A DNA stretch of 64,000 nucleotides. Source: Terriglobia bacterium. Its GTDB lineage: Bacteria; Acidobacteriota; Terriglobia; 2-12-FULL-54-10. The notes below the pieces were generated by a model. The model was not told where the DNA came from. It worked only from the letters and a program-made list of their open reading frames with translations, and ran no database searches. Shown here piece by piece: positions 30,201 to 40,299 of this stretch (positions within the stretch are counted from its first letter, which is position 1; the number at the start of each line of letters is the position of its first letter). The stretch is from NCBI GenBank assembly GCA_963666975.2, contig CAXVYR010000004.1, positions 1,760,001 through 1,824,000 on the forward strand, read 5' to 3'. The translations under genes were made by a program, and so were the position numbers.

Positions 30201-30281
30201 GGTGCCAGCGCCCGCCACGATCAGCAGCGGTCCCTCGCCGTGCTCCACCGCCGCTCGTTGCTCCGCGTTCAGTTGCACCAT
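27273..30281 (-). CDS. UvrD-family helicase fused to RecB/PD-(D/E)XK nuclease with 4-Cys staple
   Basis: AGAGTGKT, VDEFQD, GDDDQAIYRFRGA, HGAKGLE, EERRLFYVALTRA; QCP..GRID..EYKTG..CRYCDFRPIC. Confidence 0.9.
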   Translation of the reverse strand: MVQLNAEQRAAVEHGEGPLLIVAGAGTGKTRVIVERVGYLLRTVPGLQPENILAITFGNKAAEEIRQRAGERFGESALGCRFSTFHAFCYELLLEESPGKALDRIDHWIFLRRHLESLDLDTYLKVSEPGRFLGDLVDFCSRCHDNLVTPEEYTAYVEKVADDCLRSSRQGPPQKECAEEEIARQREVARMLSRSAELEEQEHLLSFGAMISRTLVLLDATPELLARLQRRYRFILVDEFQDTNLAQIELLVRLAGERKNLTVVGDDDQAIYRFRGASYASFHQFEQRFPGHPRVVLRQNYRSTKRILEVAAAAIAPNSKDRYQPGKRLETSNPQGRKVEVWEFPGDIQQSEFVAQEIARQIQAGEAKAYSDFAVLYRAHRHRNRLVEALRRRGVPFAIRKLAIDNLPPVRDMVACLRAIGRPEDSVSLARVLAGPQWEMKASLLWEGCRLASDRKCSLRKVVEDSGWGGQWTGKPKLLGFLTRYQKLSREQRLRSWFPSLRQELGLFGFEEEGYDAALGAFTDFVIQWDQDKSTGGLLGEFLEYFGYFEEAGGRISLPDEDGPASPGAASLEEPRQGTLWDKAAGAGPWGKVQLMTVHGAKGLEFENVFVLHLLRRAFPTSHRRPLISFPDALLKGPLPQGDFHIEEERRLFYVALTRARSTLTLCTVSNKRQQPSRFLDELREDAVANIEWKKLSASPEPVSQALRQEDTIRRSPFSQIDRWAGAMAAPPAGSLTMSASGLDTYRQCPRKYQYSYVCRLPVSPSPALLFGSIMHRAVRELVSRLAASKEAGRDAGGKVQQPETVEAILNQHWSSAGFTDPHQESKYKDMGREQLAGLRRSLEGHPFQLLHQEKGFQFNIDIGAGVKQGGETKLLGRIDQINQLAGGDAELIEYKTGRAQTQKEADRSLQLTLYALACREVLGLKPLSLVLHSLTLTAQEGFRTTRGPDDFRDLQGQIRQVSRDILAGKFPALPAYHCRYCDFRPICPAYEDSGQGDAVPG

Positions 30282-30654
30282 GCTAACCTGTAGCTTCCCG
30301 GGTCACTCCCCAGCGGATAGAACTTTTCGGGTCCATTGCCCACTCTGTCTTAGGTACTGAATGATTTTCTAACTCTAAACTCCGAACCCCTGAGCAGGCT
30401 GGAATCATTTCCTAGAATACGCGGTAAGACCCGGAAAAGGGCCAACAGAATGGACTCGAACTTTTCAGTCCTTCTAGCATCCAACAGTTCATGCCGAACC
30501 TCGTTGTCGCTGCTGTCGCTCAAAAAGTTCTTGACTACCCATTTGCCCCAGCGGCTTGACCGGGCAGGGGAGAGATGCTAGCGTAGGCTTCCAGATTCTC
30601 ATAGCCAGCTTTTCATAGCATGCCGGGCGTGCTTTAGTAAGGTCCACTGAAAAA

Positions 30655-31827
30655 ATGAGCCATCCAATGCTCTCCTTGTTTCCCGAACCGGAACCTGGGT
30701 TAGAGAACAAAGAGGTCCGCGAGTCACGCACCACCGGAGTCTATCCCTCGCAAAAGATCCAAGAGTCCATTCACGCCGACCGGATTCGCGCCTCCTCGCC
30801 CATTACCGGCGTGCAGATTCAGCCGGCCAGCCTGGACCTGCGGTTGGGGCCGGTGGCCTACCGGGTGCGGGCCAGCTTTCTGCCGGGAAAATTTTCCACG
30901 GTCGAGAACAAAGTTCGGGAACTCCAGATGAACGAGATTGATCTGCGCCCGGGGGCCGTTTTCGAGAAAGGGTGTGTCTACATTGTCCCGCTGATGGAGG
31001 AGTGGTTTCTCCCCGAGGACGTCTCCGGCAAGGCCAACCCCAAGAGCACCACCGGGAGGCTGGATATCTTCACCCGCTTGATTACGGACTCTGGGACGGA
31101 ATTCGAGCGGGTGGGACAAGGCTACAGGGGCAAACTGTACGTGGAGGTCGTGCCGCGCACCTTCACCGTCCGCGTGCAGGAGGGGATGCGGCTGAACCAG
31201 TTGCGGTTTGTGCGAGGCACCCCTCTGCCGCTGCGGGAGGACAACACTCTGGGCAAGATTCATGAGCAGGAACCCCTGGCGTATGCTCCCGACGACACTC
31301 CCGCCGATTCTGAGATTCGTCACGGGCTGCCCATCTCGATTGACTTAGTGGGCAGCGGAGGGTCTGAGGTGATTGGCTACAAAGCCAAGCGTGATGCCCC
31401 GCTGATTGATCTAGCTAAGGTGAATTATTACGACCCGGCAGAATTTTGGGAGCCTATCCCACCTACCCCGCGGATCATCCTGAACCCGGACGACTTCCAC
31501 ATCTTGGTTTCCAAGGAAAAGGTGGATATTCCGCCCCACTTGGCAGGCGAGATGGTCGCCTACGATCCTTCGGTGGGGGAATTTCGAATTCACTACGCGG
31601 GATTCTTCGATCCTGGCTTCGGCCATGGCCTGGATCAGGCGAAGGGCACGCATGCCGTCCTCGAGGTGCGGTCCCACGGGGTCCCTTTCGTGATCGAAGA
31701 CGGCCAGGTAGTGGGCCGGCTGGTGTACGAGCGTTTGATGGAGCCCCCGGATAAAATCTACGGTGCGAGCATCGGTTCTTCCTATCAATCTCAGGGACTG
31801 TCTCTCAGCAAGCAATTCAAACGGTAA
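30655..31827 (+). CDS. dcd: dCTP deaminase (long type)
   Basis: IQPASLDLRLG, ANPKSTTGRLD, HYAGFFDPGFG. Confidence 0.88.
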   Translation: MSHPMLSLFPEPEPGLENKEVRESRTTGVYPSQKIQESIHADRIRASSPITGVQIQPASLDLRLGPVAYRVRASFLPGKFSTVENKVRELQMNEIDLRPGAVFEKGCVYIVPLMEEWFLPEDVSGKANPKSTTGRLDIFTRLITDSGTEFERVGQGYRGKLYVEVVPRTFTVRVQEGMRLNQLRFVRGTPLPLREDNTLGKIHEQEPLAYAPDDTPADSEIRHGLPISIDLVGSGGSEVIGYKAKRDAPLIDLAKVNYYDPAEFWEPIPPTPRIILNPDDFHILVSKEKVDIPPHLAGEMVAYDPSVGEFRIHYAGFFDPGFGHGLDQAKGTHAVLEVRSHGVPFVIEDGQVVGRLVYERLMEPPDKIYGASIGSSYQSQGLSLSKQFKR

Positions 31828-31903
31828 AGTCGGCTTCCTGCCGAAGGAGGCTGTCGAGAGTGCGGTTTTACCCCTTGGCCCGCTGCGGCGAACTGCGCTC
31901 GAT

Positions 31904-32098
31904 TCACTTCCTTTGATTTTCGAGCGCCAATACTCCTCCCCGTGCGAATCCAGCCGTCGAGACCTCTACAAAAACCACCGAAACGGCGTCACGCGTGGTG
32001 CCGGTCTCCTCGACCATTGTCTCGGTGACGCGCTCTACAATCTTTCGCTTCTGCTCCAGCGTTCGCCCTTCGAGCAGCGTAATCTGTACGTGCGGCAT
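31904..32098 (-). CDS. 4-oxalocrotonate tautomerase family protein
   Basis: N-terminal MPHVQITLLEGRTLEQK (Pro1); GGAGG RBS. Confidence 0.88.
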   Translation of the reverse strand: MPHVQITLLEGRTLEQKRKIVERVTETMVEETGTTRDAVSVVFVEVSTAGFARGGVLALENQRK

Positions 32099-32369
32099 GA
32101 ACAATCCCTCCTGTTTTGCGGATGAAAGTCCGCTCAATATAGCATGGGGGGGCAATTCAGAAGCTGTGAAATGGCGGCAACTGTCATTGACAGAATGAGA
32201 TAGGGCTGCCAGAAAAACGCCGTGCCGGGAGCTGGCTTCCTGTGTCCGGCACGCGCTTCTTCTGCTGCCTGTCTGTTTTCTTTCCCCCCTCAACTCCCCT
32301 CAGCCAAAAGTGGAAAAAAAAGTGAAGATAACCCTTTACAACGTCTGCAGCTTGTGGCAGCATTCCAGT

Positions 32370-32549
32370 AATTGGATGCAGTTTTTTGGGAGGTGTTAAG
32401 CAACTTCACAGAGAAGCAAGAGCATCCAATAACCACACACACTGACTAGACTTGACCAAAAGCCATCCGCCCCGGATGGCGCGTCCGTTGAGTCGGGGGC
32501 GCTAACCAAGACCTACCCAAAAAGGTTAGAGCCTCCGGCTCATTTTTTG
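32370..32549 (+). ncRNA. candidate structured small RNA
   Basis: Promoter TTTACA-17-CAGCAT with TG; hairpins 32371-32430 and 32462-32479; long terminator stem 32489-32542 followed by T6. Confidence 0.55.
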
Positions 32550-32589
32550 TATAAGGGAGCTTTTGCGGATGGGAGACGCGAGCATACCG

Positions 32590-32964
32590 ATGGAGAACCA
32601 GAGGCCATGCATTCTGGCCGCCGTCCAAGATATGTTTTTCGCGGCGAAGATCACCGCCGCGGCTAAACGGGCGGGCGTGGAGGTCAGGTATGTTCTTGAT
32701 GAGAAGGAGCTTTTGGGAGCAGAACCACCGCCGCAGATGATTATAGTCGATCTGAACAACTCGAGTCTGAACCCTGTCGAGTTGATCGGCAAGTTGAAAG
32801 CAGACCCTACGGCACGCGAGGTCCGCGTCATCGGATTCCTGTCTCACGTGCAACAGGACCTGAAGCGCGAGGCGGAACTGGCCGGATGCGACTTGGTGCT
32901 GCCGCGCTCCGTGTTTTCCCAAAACCTGGAGGACCTGCTGCGCGGGCGCTCCTGCCACCTTTAA
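32590..32964 (+). CDS. single-domain response regulator-like protein
   Basis: DMFFAAKI, MIIVDLN, IGFLSHV, AGCDLVLPRS. Confidence 0.7.
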   Translation: MENQRPCILAAVQDMFFAAKITAAAKRAGVEVRYVLDEKELLGAEPPPQMIIVDLNNSSLNPVELIGKLKADPTAREVRVIGFLSHVQQDLKREAELAGCDLVLPRSVFSQNLEDLLRGRSCHL

Positions 32965-33206
32965 GCGTGTGTGAGTCCTGCCGCTTTTGCAGAGGAAACC
33001 CGGGTGCGCGCTTGGCGTGAGTCACCACTCGGTCTCGAGATCCCTGCCTAACAAACCTACCTTATTGCATAGGCCGCAGGTCCCATCGAAAAACGTTACC
33101 TTTGCGCTATTGGCGCGAAAGCGAGCATGCCTTATCGTGTGAAGTGTTCGCAGGGTAAGACGGAACTGAGGAACGCCGGGGGGACGAACTTCAGTTTAGG
33201 CTTACC

Positions 33207-33241
33207 GGGGCTGGCGGCGTCGCCAGCCCTTTTTATTTTTG
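33207..33241 (+). terminator. intrinsic terminator between convergent genes
   Basis: GGGCTGGCG-GCGT-CGCCAGCCC followed by T-rich tract. Confidence 0.75.
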
Positions 33242-33253
33242 CAAGACGCTCCG

Positions 33254-33898
33254 TCAATCCCCTTCCCTGGCTTCCTCGACCGCCTCCCATCCTTCCTTGA
33301 CGATGAACCAGACCATCACCAGGGCCGCCAGCGGGTCCATCCACCACCATCCGAGCAGGGCGTTCAGGCTGAGACCAATCAGCAGAGTGAAAGACAGGTA
33401 GGCGCAGATCAGCGTCTCCCAGGCGTCGGCCTCCAGCGCCCGGCTTCCCATCTGCAGTGCTACCTTCTTTTTGGACAAGCCCAGCAGCGGCATCACCACC
33501 AGGGAAGCAACCGCCAGCGCAATCCCGATCCGGCTGGTTTCCGCAGCCTCCTGCCTGAGCAGCGCGCTTCCCGCCTCAAACACAACGTAACCGGCCAGCA
33601 GGAAGAAAGTGAGTCCCACCAGCAGGAGGGCTTTTTTCTCCTTCTTCGATTCTTCTTCCAGCGAACCGGAGTCGCGGAGCCTCCATACCAGAATCCCCGC
33701 CGCCAGCACTTCAATCACGCTGTCCAGGCCGAAGCTTACCAGCGCAACGCTGCCGGCCCGCCATCCGGCTGCGATGGCGATGACCGCTTCCAGCGCGTTG
33801 TAGGAGATCAGCGTGTATTCCAGGCGGAGCGCCTTCCGCCGCAATGCATCTTGGGTATGCACAGGGGTATGCACGGTATGGAAGAGTGGCCCGGACAA
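33254..33898 (-). CDS. cation efflux (CDF-like) transmembrane protein
   Basis: YNALEA, SVALVSFGLDSVIE, SRALEADA, WWWMDP. Confidence 0.82.
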   Translation of the reverse strand: MSGPLFHTVHTPVHTQDALRRKALRLEYTLISYNALEAVIAIAAGWRAGSVALVSFGLDSVIEVLAAGILVWRLRDSGSLEEESKKEKKALLLVGLTFFLLAGYVVFEAGSALLRQEAAETSRIGIALAVASLVVMPLLGLSKKKVALQMGSRALEADAWETLICAYLSFTLLIGLSLNALLGWWWMDPLAALVMVWFIVKEGWEAVEEAREGD

Positions 33899-33938
33899 TG
33901 TTCTGTGTCGAGCAGGAAAAGCGGCGGGTGCGCTTCGT

Positions 33939-34454
33939 TCAAGGCAACGCCTTCTCCATCAGGTAGGCGTCCGATCCGTCGGCGTAGTAGCTTCGCAGCA
34001 GGCGTTTGATGGCGTAGCCGCGCCGTTTGTAAAAGCGCAGGGCAGGTTCATTTTCCGTTCCCACTTCCAGTATGATGCGGCGCACTCCATTTTGCCTCAG
34101 GCGCTGCTCGGCCGACTCCATCAGCCGGTTGCCGATGCCCCGCGCACGGAACTCCTCCACGACATCAATTGTGACAATATGTCCGGCAGAATTTTCCTGG
34201 GACCGCTTCTTTTGGTAGGCGAGCACAAAGGCGATGATCTGCTCTCCGGCTTCAGCGACCAGGGCAAATGCACCCGGCTGGACCAGCCCCAGGGCCATCT
34301 CCTCCGGCGTGTAGGCGATGGCCTCGGAATAACAAAGGCGGTCAATCTCACACAGGCGGGCAAAATCCCGTTTGCGGTAGTCCCGCAACTCGACATTGGG
34401 AAACTGAGGGGGAAGCTGACGGGGAAGCATGTTGGGAAGCTCATTCGAGGGCAT
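33939..34454 (-). CDS. RimI-like GNAT N-acetyltransferase (start uncertain)
   Basis: HIVTIDV..FRARGIG, LEVGTENEPALRFYKRRGY, YYADGSDA. Confidence 0.85.
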   Translation of the reverse strand: MPSNELPNMLPRQLPPQFPNVELRDYRKRDFARLCEIDRLCYSEAIAYTPEEMALGLVQPGAFALVAEAGEQIIAFVLAYQKKRSQENSAGHIVTIDVVEEFRARGIGNRLMESAEQRLRQNGVRRIILEVGTENEPALRFYKRRGYAIKRLLRSYYADGSDAYLMEKALP

Positions 34455-34749
34455 GGCGGATGGATTCGCGAAACACGATGGCGGTGCAGGAAAGCCCGTT
34501 GATGGAATAGGATGTTTCCTTCCCCGTATTGCCCCCCGTGTCGCTCTTCGTGTCACTCATTGTTTCGTCCGAACCGGCTGGGGCAGACGGGATCAGCACA
34601 AAGTGCCGGTGCAGGTGATAGTCTTCATCCCACCCCGCGACCATTGCTTCAATCTCTTCCTTCGGGAGGCCAAAGCGGGAGAGCGGCATCGGCTGGCCAA
34701 ATTCCTTCACCACCTCCCGGTATCTTTCGACAGCAGCTTTCAGGTCCAT
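34441..34749 (-). CDS. hypothetical protein
   Basis: ORF MDLKAAVERY..WDEDYH overlapping the GNAT start. Confidence 0.55.
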   Translation of the reverse strand: MDLKAAVERYREVVKEFGQPMPLSRFGLPKEEIEAMVAGWDEDYHLHRHFVLIPSAPAGSDETMSDTKSDTGGNTGKETSYSINGLSCTAIVFRESIRHALE

Positions 34750-34928
34750 AATCCGATGCTTCAGCGATTCGTTCGAGGGGGAAATCCTTACCCGCGCCGC
34801 CGGTGGAACTTTGCCGGCTTTCCTATGGTGCAAGACCGCAATTTCAGGGTTTCCCGGCCCCAGTCAAGAAAATAGTCCGGAGAATTGTCAAGAAGAGATA
34901 GGTATTAACGCCAATTTTTTAACAAGCT

Positions 34929-36908
34929 CTATGCCAAGCCCTGCCGTTGGAGGTCAGCTTTGATTTTCGGGTCCAGCACGCCTGCTTTGTGGAAGGCGGC
35001 GCGCGCCTCGCCCGGCTGGCCCAATTTTCGGAGCACGACTCCTTTGTTGTACCACGCATCGGCGTAGCGGGGCTGTATCCCCAGGGCCCGGTCATATGCG
35101 GCCAGCGCCTCGATCAGGCGGTTCTGCTTTCGCATCGCCACGCCCTTGTTCATCCATGCCTCGGCGTATTGCGGGTTGAGGGCCACGGCGCGGTCGTAGC
35201 ATTGCAACTCCTCGTGCGGGCGGCCCAGTTTTCTGAGGGCGACTCCTTTGTTGTGCCAGGCCACCGAGGACTGCGGATTCAGGGCCAGGACCCTGTCGTA
35301 GCAGGCCAGCGCCTCCTCGGTCTTCCCCAGTTTCCGCAAGATGACGCCCTTGTTCAGCCATGCGGAATCATAGCGCGGATTGAGTTCAATCGCCTGTTCG
35401 TAGGAGTGCAGGGCCTCATCGAGAGGGGTCCGGTTACCGTAGATCATGCTGGAGCGCCCGCCCCTTTCCGAGCGTCGCAGCAGCGCCTCCGCTTCGGGCC
35501 CGGCCGTTCCCAGAAGGATGCCCCGGTTATACCAGGCGTGAGCCGACCGCGGGTTAAGCTCGAGCGCTTTTTCGTAGCACTCCATCGCTTCCATTTCCTT
35601 GCCCTGCTTGGCGAGGATGACACCCTTGTTGAGCCATGCGCCGTCAAAGCTGGGATAAATCTCCAGCGCTTTATTCATGCAGGCCAGGGCTTCTCTCGTC
35701 CGCCCCAAATTGCCCAGAGCCGCCCCCTTGTTGAGGATTTCCCATGCCTCCAGCGCCTTCGGTTCTGCGGTGGCAACTTCCTCGTGATGCTCCTGCTGCA
35801 GAATCCGGGACAGGTCCAGCTCCAGGGTGGAGAAGTTGGGGTAGCGGTCTTCCGGCTTCTTGGCGAGGCATCGCGATATTAATTGGACCAACTGTGGGCT
35901 GACCTCCGGATTCAGATCGGCGAGTACCGGCGGAGCAACCTTGAGATGCTTATAGAACCATTGCTCCGGGCCCTTGGCCGAAAAGGGGCGCTCGCCGGCC
36001 AGCATCTCAAAGAGCATAATGCCGAAAGAGTAAATATCCGCGCGCGCGGTCACATGAGCGAAATCAGTGAATTGCTCCGGGGCCATATAAGGCAGCGTGC
36101 CGACGCCCATCTCGCCCACTTGCGTCTTAAAAACCCGTGTATGGTTCTCCGACAGCCCTTTGCCGGAGGCCTGCTGCTGCTGCGGGAACTTATCGGAGCC
36201 GGACAGCACCTTCACCAAACCGAAGTCGGTCACCTTCAAAACGTCGTCCGGGGTGAACATGCAGTTCTCCGGTTTGACGTCGCGGTGGACCAGCCCGGGA
36301 ACTTTCTCCTGTGCATAGTCCATTCCCCGGCAGAAATGGATTGAGTATCGCAGCGCGTCGCGGACAGGAAGCGGGCCGGCAGCCATTTTTTTCCGCAGGT
36401 CCGACCCGGCAACGTATTCCAGGAAGACGTGAGGCTGGCTGTTGATGTTGCCCACATAGAAGGCCCGCACAATATTCTGGTGTTGTTCCAGCTTGATCCA
36501 GGTCTCGACTTCGCGTAGAAACCGCTGCACCAGAACGGGGGTTCCCAGGCACCACTGCTGGAAGGTCTTCACGGCGAAAGGTGTCATGGAGCTTTCGTCC
36601 AAGACGATGTAGACGACGCCCATGCCGCTTTTGCCGACCCCGCCCTTGATGTCGTGAATCAGGAAATCGCCTAAGCCGGGCACCGACAACGTCTGGCCGG
36701 GTTTGAGCCCTTCCTCTCCCGAAACGGCTGGCCCGGACTTGCCGGGCGATTTCTTCGGTGTAGCGGCTGCAGGGGACTCCGCCGCAGGCGCGATGGTAGC
36801 CATTGGGTCATTAGGTTTCTGAGGGGATTTCTGAGCGGGGGTCTGTGGAGTCTTCTCGCCGGGAGCCGTGTGTTCCTCTTTGGGTTTCCGTTTGAAAAAG
36901 TTAAACAT
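34929..36908 (-). CDS. Ser/Thr protein kinase with C-terminal TPR array
   Basis: GMGVVY, AVK, HRDVKPEN, DFG, GTLPYMAPE; AWxNKG TPR repeats. Confidence 0.92.
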   Translation of the reverse strand: MFNFFKRKPKEEHTAPGEKTPQTPAQKSPQKPNDPMATIAPAAESPAAATPKKSPGKSGPAVSGEEGLKPGQTLSVPGLGDFLIHDIKGGVGKSGMGVVYIVLDESSMTPFAVKTFQQWCLGTPVLVQRFLREVETWIKLEQHQNIVRAFYVGNINSQPHVFLEYVAGSDLRKKMAAGPLPVRDALRYSIHFCRGMDYAQEKVPGLVHRDVKPENCMFTPDDVLKVTDFGLVKVLSGSDKFPQQQQASGKGLSENHTRVFKTQVGEMGVGTLPYMAPEQFTDFAHVTARADIYSFGIMLFEMLAGERPFSAKGPEQWFYKHLKVAPPVLADLNPEVSPQLVQLISRCLAKKPEDRYPNFSTLELDLSRILQQEHHEEVATAEPKALEAWEILNKGAALGNLGRTREALACMNKALEIYPSFDGAWLNKGVILAKQGKEMEAMECYEKALELNPRSAHAWYNRGILLGTAGPEAEALLRRSERGGRSSMIYGNRTPLDEALHSYEQAIELNPRYDSAWLNKGVILRKLGKTEEALACYDRVLALNPQSSVAWHNKGVALRKLGRPHEELQCYDRAVALNPQYAEAWMNKGVAMRKQNRLIEALAAYDRALGIQPRYADAWYNKGVVLRKLGQPGEARAAFHKAGVLDPKIKADLQRQGLA

Positions 36909-37232
36909 GCCGGCCTATCCGCAGTTGAGGAATGCGACGACCACGCTACAGTTGACTTCTGGGGGCGGCGTGCACTGGGCACTAAGGCGCTCGCCGGGAA
37001 TTTTTACGCTTCTGCTAGCCTTTCAATCCGCGAACCGCACAATTGCTGGCGCAGCCCTGTTACACTGCTATTATACATTCATTTCGAGACCCTCGAAATC
37101 TCCATTTTGGCCGGAGACGTCTCCTGAAAGTCACTTCAAAAACACAAAATCCGATTACTTTTCCCGCACGCGATTCTTGACCGGCCCGATCGCTGGCTTG
37201 ACGATGGAAAGCCGCCATACGTAATATAGGCG

Positions 37233-37511
37233 TTGATGGCTATTCTTCCTCCAGGCATACGGTCGTTGTTCATCCGCCACGCAGCCCGAACGCTGTTTCA
37301 TAGCGGAAAAATCCTGCGCCGGTTGTGGCTGGAGGTGACGGGAGCGGTATTTTTGGGTTTGGCGATACTCGCTGCCTTCTCGATTCTGCGCCAGTGGCGC
37401 GCCTATCAGGAGGGCGCCTCGGTGCTGCAGCCCCTGGCCGTTACTCTCTTTTCGGCCATGATGGTCGGTTTTGGCATCTATTCTTTCTGGAAAGCGCGGC
37501 GGTACCGGTAA
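37233..37511 (+). CDS. small two-TM membrane protein
   Basis: LWLEVTGAVFL and a second hydrophobic segment. Confidence 0.6.
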   Translation: MMAILPPGIRSLFIRHAARTLFHSGKILRRLWLEVTGAVFLGLAILAAFSILRQWRAYQEGASVLQPLAVTLFSAMMVGFGIYSFWKARRYR

Positions 37512-37554
37512 CCTTTGAATTCTTGATTTTGTTCCTTTCCTAAAAAAGCGCAGG

Positions 37555-39195
37555 GTGGCTATGGCAGCGGAACGAGCAGACATTCCCGAAAAAGACTCCT
37601 CAGAGACGCCCGGGGAAAAGTTACAAACTTCCTCCGGCATTGAGATCAGGCCCGTCACAACGCCCCAGGATTTGGAAGGCTTCTCCGAAGAACGCGACCT
37701 GGGGCGTCCAGGCGAGTATCCCTTCCTGCGCGGCGTGCGCCCGACCATGTACCGGGGACGGCTGTGGACGATGCGGCAATATGCCGGCTTCGGAACCGCA
37801 GCGGAATCCAACCAGCGGTACAAGTATCTGCTGGGACAGGGGCAGAATGCGCTCTCGGTGGCTTTCGACTTGCCCACGCAGATCGGCATGGACTCGGATC
37901 ACTCGCTGGCGGCGGGCGAGGTCGGCAAGGTGGGCGTGGCGATTGACAGCCTGGAAGACATGGAGACGCTGCTCGAGGGCATCCCCTTGCAGAAAATCTC
38001 CACGTCGATGACGATCAACTCGACGGCCGCCGTTCTGCTGGCGCTCTACGTGGCTGTGGCCAAAAAGCAGGGGGCCCGGCTCGCGAAACTTTCCGGCACC
38101 GTGCAGAACGACATCCTGAAGGAGTACATTGCGCGGGGCACCTACATCTACCCGCCGCGGCCGTCCTTGCGCCTGGTGACCGACCTGTTCGCGTGGTGCC
38201 AGCAGGAGCTGCCCGAGTGGAACACCATCTCGGTCAGCGGCTACCACATCCGCGAGGCCGGATCGACCGCCGTTCAGGAGCTGGCCTTCACGCTGGCCAA
38301 CGCCGTCGCCTACGTGGAGGCGGCGCGGGAGGCGGGTCTGGAGGTGGACTCGTTCGCCCCGCGCCTGTCATTCTTTTTTAATTCCCACAACAATTTTTTC
38401 GAGGAAGTGGCCAAGTTCCGGGCGGCGCGCCGCCTGTGGGCTCGCATCATGAAGGAGCAGTTCGGGGCGCGCGATCCCCGCTCGCAGATGCTGCGGTTCC
38501 ATACTCAAACGGCCGGCTCCACGCTCACGGCGCAGCAGCCGGACGTCAACGTGGTGCGCACGACGCTCCAGGCCCTGGCGGCAGTTCTCGGGGGCACCCA
38601 GTCGCTGCACACCAACTCCAAAGACGAGGCGCTGGGACTGCCCACGGAAGATGCCGCCCTGCTGGCCTTGCGCACGCAGCAGGTGATCGCTCATGAAAGC
38701 GGGGCTCCGAACACCGCCGATCCGCTGGGCGGCTCCTACTTCGTCGAGAGTCTCACGCGGGAAATCGAGACGCGCGCGCGGCACTACATCGAGCAGATCG
38801 CCGAGCGCGGCGGGATGTTGCGGGCGATTGAGACAGGATTTGTGCAGAAAGAAATTCAGCAGGCCGCCTTCCACCACCAGAAGGAGGTCGAGAACGGCAG
38901 GCGGGTGGTGGTGGGCGTGAACCGCTTCCAGAGGAACGAGGAAAATCCGTATCCGGCTCTGCGTGTCGATGCGGCTCTGGAGGCGGCGCAGGTGGAGCGT
39001 CTGCGCCAACTGCGCGCCAAACGCAATGCGGAGCAGGTCCAGAAGACGCTGTGGCGGGTGGAAGAGGCCGCGCGGGGCACAGAAAACCTGATGCCGCCGC
39101 TGCTGGCGGCTGTGGAAGCTTACGCCACGGTGGGTGAAATCTCCGACATATTACGCGGTGTGTTCGGGGAATACAAAGAGGCTGTGGTGGTTTAG
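37555..39195 (+). CDS. methylmalonyl-CoA mutase family, substrate-binding subunit (no B12 domain)
   Basis: [44 protein letters not shown]. Confidence 0.93.
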   Translation: MAMAAERADIPEKDSSETPGEKLQTSSGIEIRPVTTPQDLEGFSEERDLGRPGEYPFLRGVRPTMYRGRLWTMRQYAGFGTAAESNQRYKYLLGQGQNALSVAFDLPTQIGMDSDHSLAAGEVGKVGVAIDSLEDMETLLEGIPLQKISTSMTINSTAAVLLALYVAVAKKQGARLAKLSGTVQNDILKEYIARGTYIYPPRPSLRLVTDLFAWCQQELPEWNTISVSGYHIREAGSTAVQELAFTLANAVAYVEAAREAGLEVDSFAPRLSFFFNSHNNFFEEVAKFRAARRLWARIMKEQFGARDPRSQMLRFHTQTAGSTLTAQQPDVNVVRTTLQALAAVLGGTQSLHTNSKDEALGLPTEDAALLALRTQQVIAHESGAPNTADPLGGSYFVESLTREIETRARHYIEQIAERGGMLRAIETGFVQKEIQQAAFHHQKEVENGRRVVVGVNRFQRNEENPYPALRVDAALEAAQVERLRQLRAKRNAEQVQKTLWRVEEAARGTENLMPPLLAAVEAYATVGEISDILRGVFGEYKEAVVV

Positions 39196-39271
39196 AGGGA
39201 TGGTTTATTAGAGGAACCGATGCAGCGCCGAGCCATTGCTTTTCAACCCGCCCAGGAATAAAATTCCCCTC

Positions 39272-40048
39272 ATGGATTCCAAACTAAAAATCGCTGACCG
39301 CGAATTCTCTTCGCGTCTGATTGTCGGCACCGGCAAGTACAAGACGTTTCCCGAGATGGCGCGGTGTCTGGAGGCCTCCGGCTCCGACATGGTCACCGTC
39401 GCCGTGCGGCGCGTCAACCTGACCGACCGCAGCAAGGAATCATTGCTTGACTACATCGACACCAAGAAATACTTCATCCTGCCGAACACCGCCGGATGTT
39501 ACAGCGCCGACGAGGCGGTTCGCGCGGCGCGGATGGCGCGCGAGGTGGGGCTCTCCAACTGGATCAAGCTGGAAGTGATCGGCGATGAGGCCACGCTTTT
39601 CCCGGATAACGCCGGGCTGCTGGAGGCGACCAAGACGCTGGTTAAGGACGGTTTTGTGGTCCTTCCCTACACCAACGATGACCTGGTGGCTGCTCTCCGG
39701 CTGATCGACGCGGGTGCCGCCGCCGTGATGCCCTTGGGCGCGCCGATCGGCTCCGGTATGGGAATTCAGAATATTCCCAACATCCGCATCCTACGGGAAA
39801 GGATCACCCAGGTGCCGCTGATCGTTGACGCGGGCGTGGGAACGGCCTCCGACGCCGCCACTGCTATGGAATTGGGAGCCGATGGTGTGCTGATGAACAC
39901 CGGCATCGCCATGGCCCACGATCCGGAGGCGATGGCCGGGGCCATGAACCATGCCGTGCAAGCAGGAAGGCTTGCCTATCTGGCCGGCCGCATTCCCAAG
40001 AAGCTCTACGCCACGGCCTCAAGCCCGCTCGAAGGCGTCTCGCGCTGA
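39272..40048 (+). CDS. thiG: thiazole synthase
   Basis: [37 protein letters not shown]. Confidence 0.95.
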   Translation: MDSKLKIADREFSSRLIVGTGKYKTFPEMARCLEASGSDMVTVAVRRVNLTDRSKESLLDYIDTKKYFILPNTAGCYSADEAVRAARMAREVGLSNWIKLEVIGDEATLFPDNAGLLEATKTLVKDGFVVLPYTNDDLVAALRLIDAGAAAVMPLGAPIGSGMGIQNIPNIRILRERITQVPLIVDAGVGTASDAATAMELGADGVLMNTGIAMAHDPEAMAGAMNHAVQAGRLAYLAGRIPKKLYATASSPLEGVSR

Positions 40049-40131
40049 GACGCGCCTGTCAAAGCGCTTACTGAGACAAAGAACTTTCTTCCTCTGTTTG
40101 CTGAATTAATGTCGGCGACAGCCCCTGTTAG

Positions 40132-40299
40132 TCAGGGCCGGGTTTCCGCTGTGTAGCCGCAAATTTCCCGGCAATCGGCGCAATAGTAGCAGCCGTCCTC
40201 ACAGAGACGAACCTGGTAATCGGCCCGGCAGAGCATACAGAAGCGGTCACACTGGCATTTTTCCTCTGGCGCGCCACAAACCGTGCATGAGTAAGCCAT
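40132..40299 (-). CDS. 55-aa Cys-rich putative metal-binding protein
   Basis: MAYSCTVCG..CQCDRFCMLC..CEDGCYYCADCREIC, 11 Cys. Confidence 0.65.
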   Translation of the reverse strand: MAYSCTVCGAPEEKCQCDRFCMLCRADYQVRLCEDGCYYCADCREICGYTAETRP

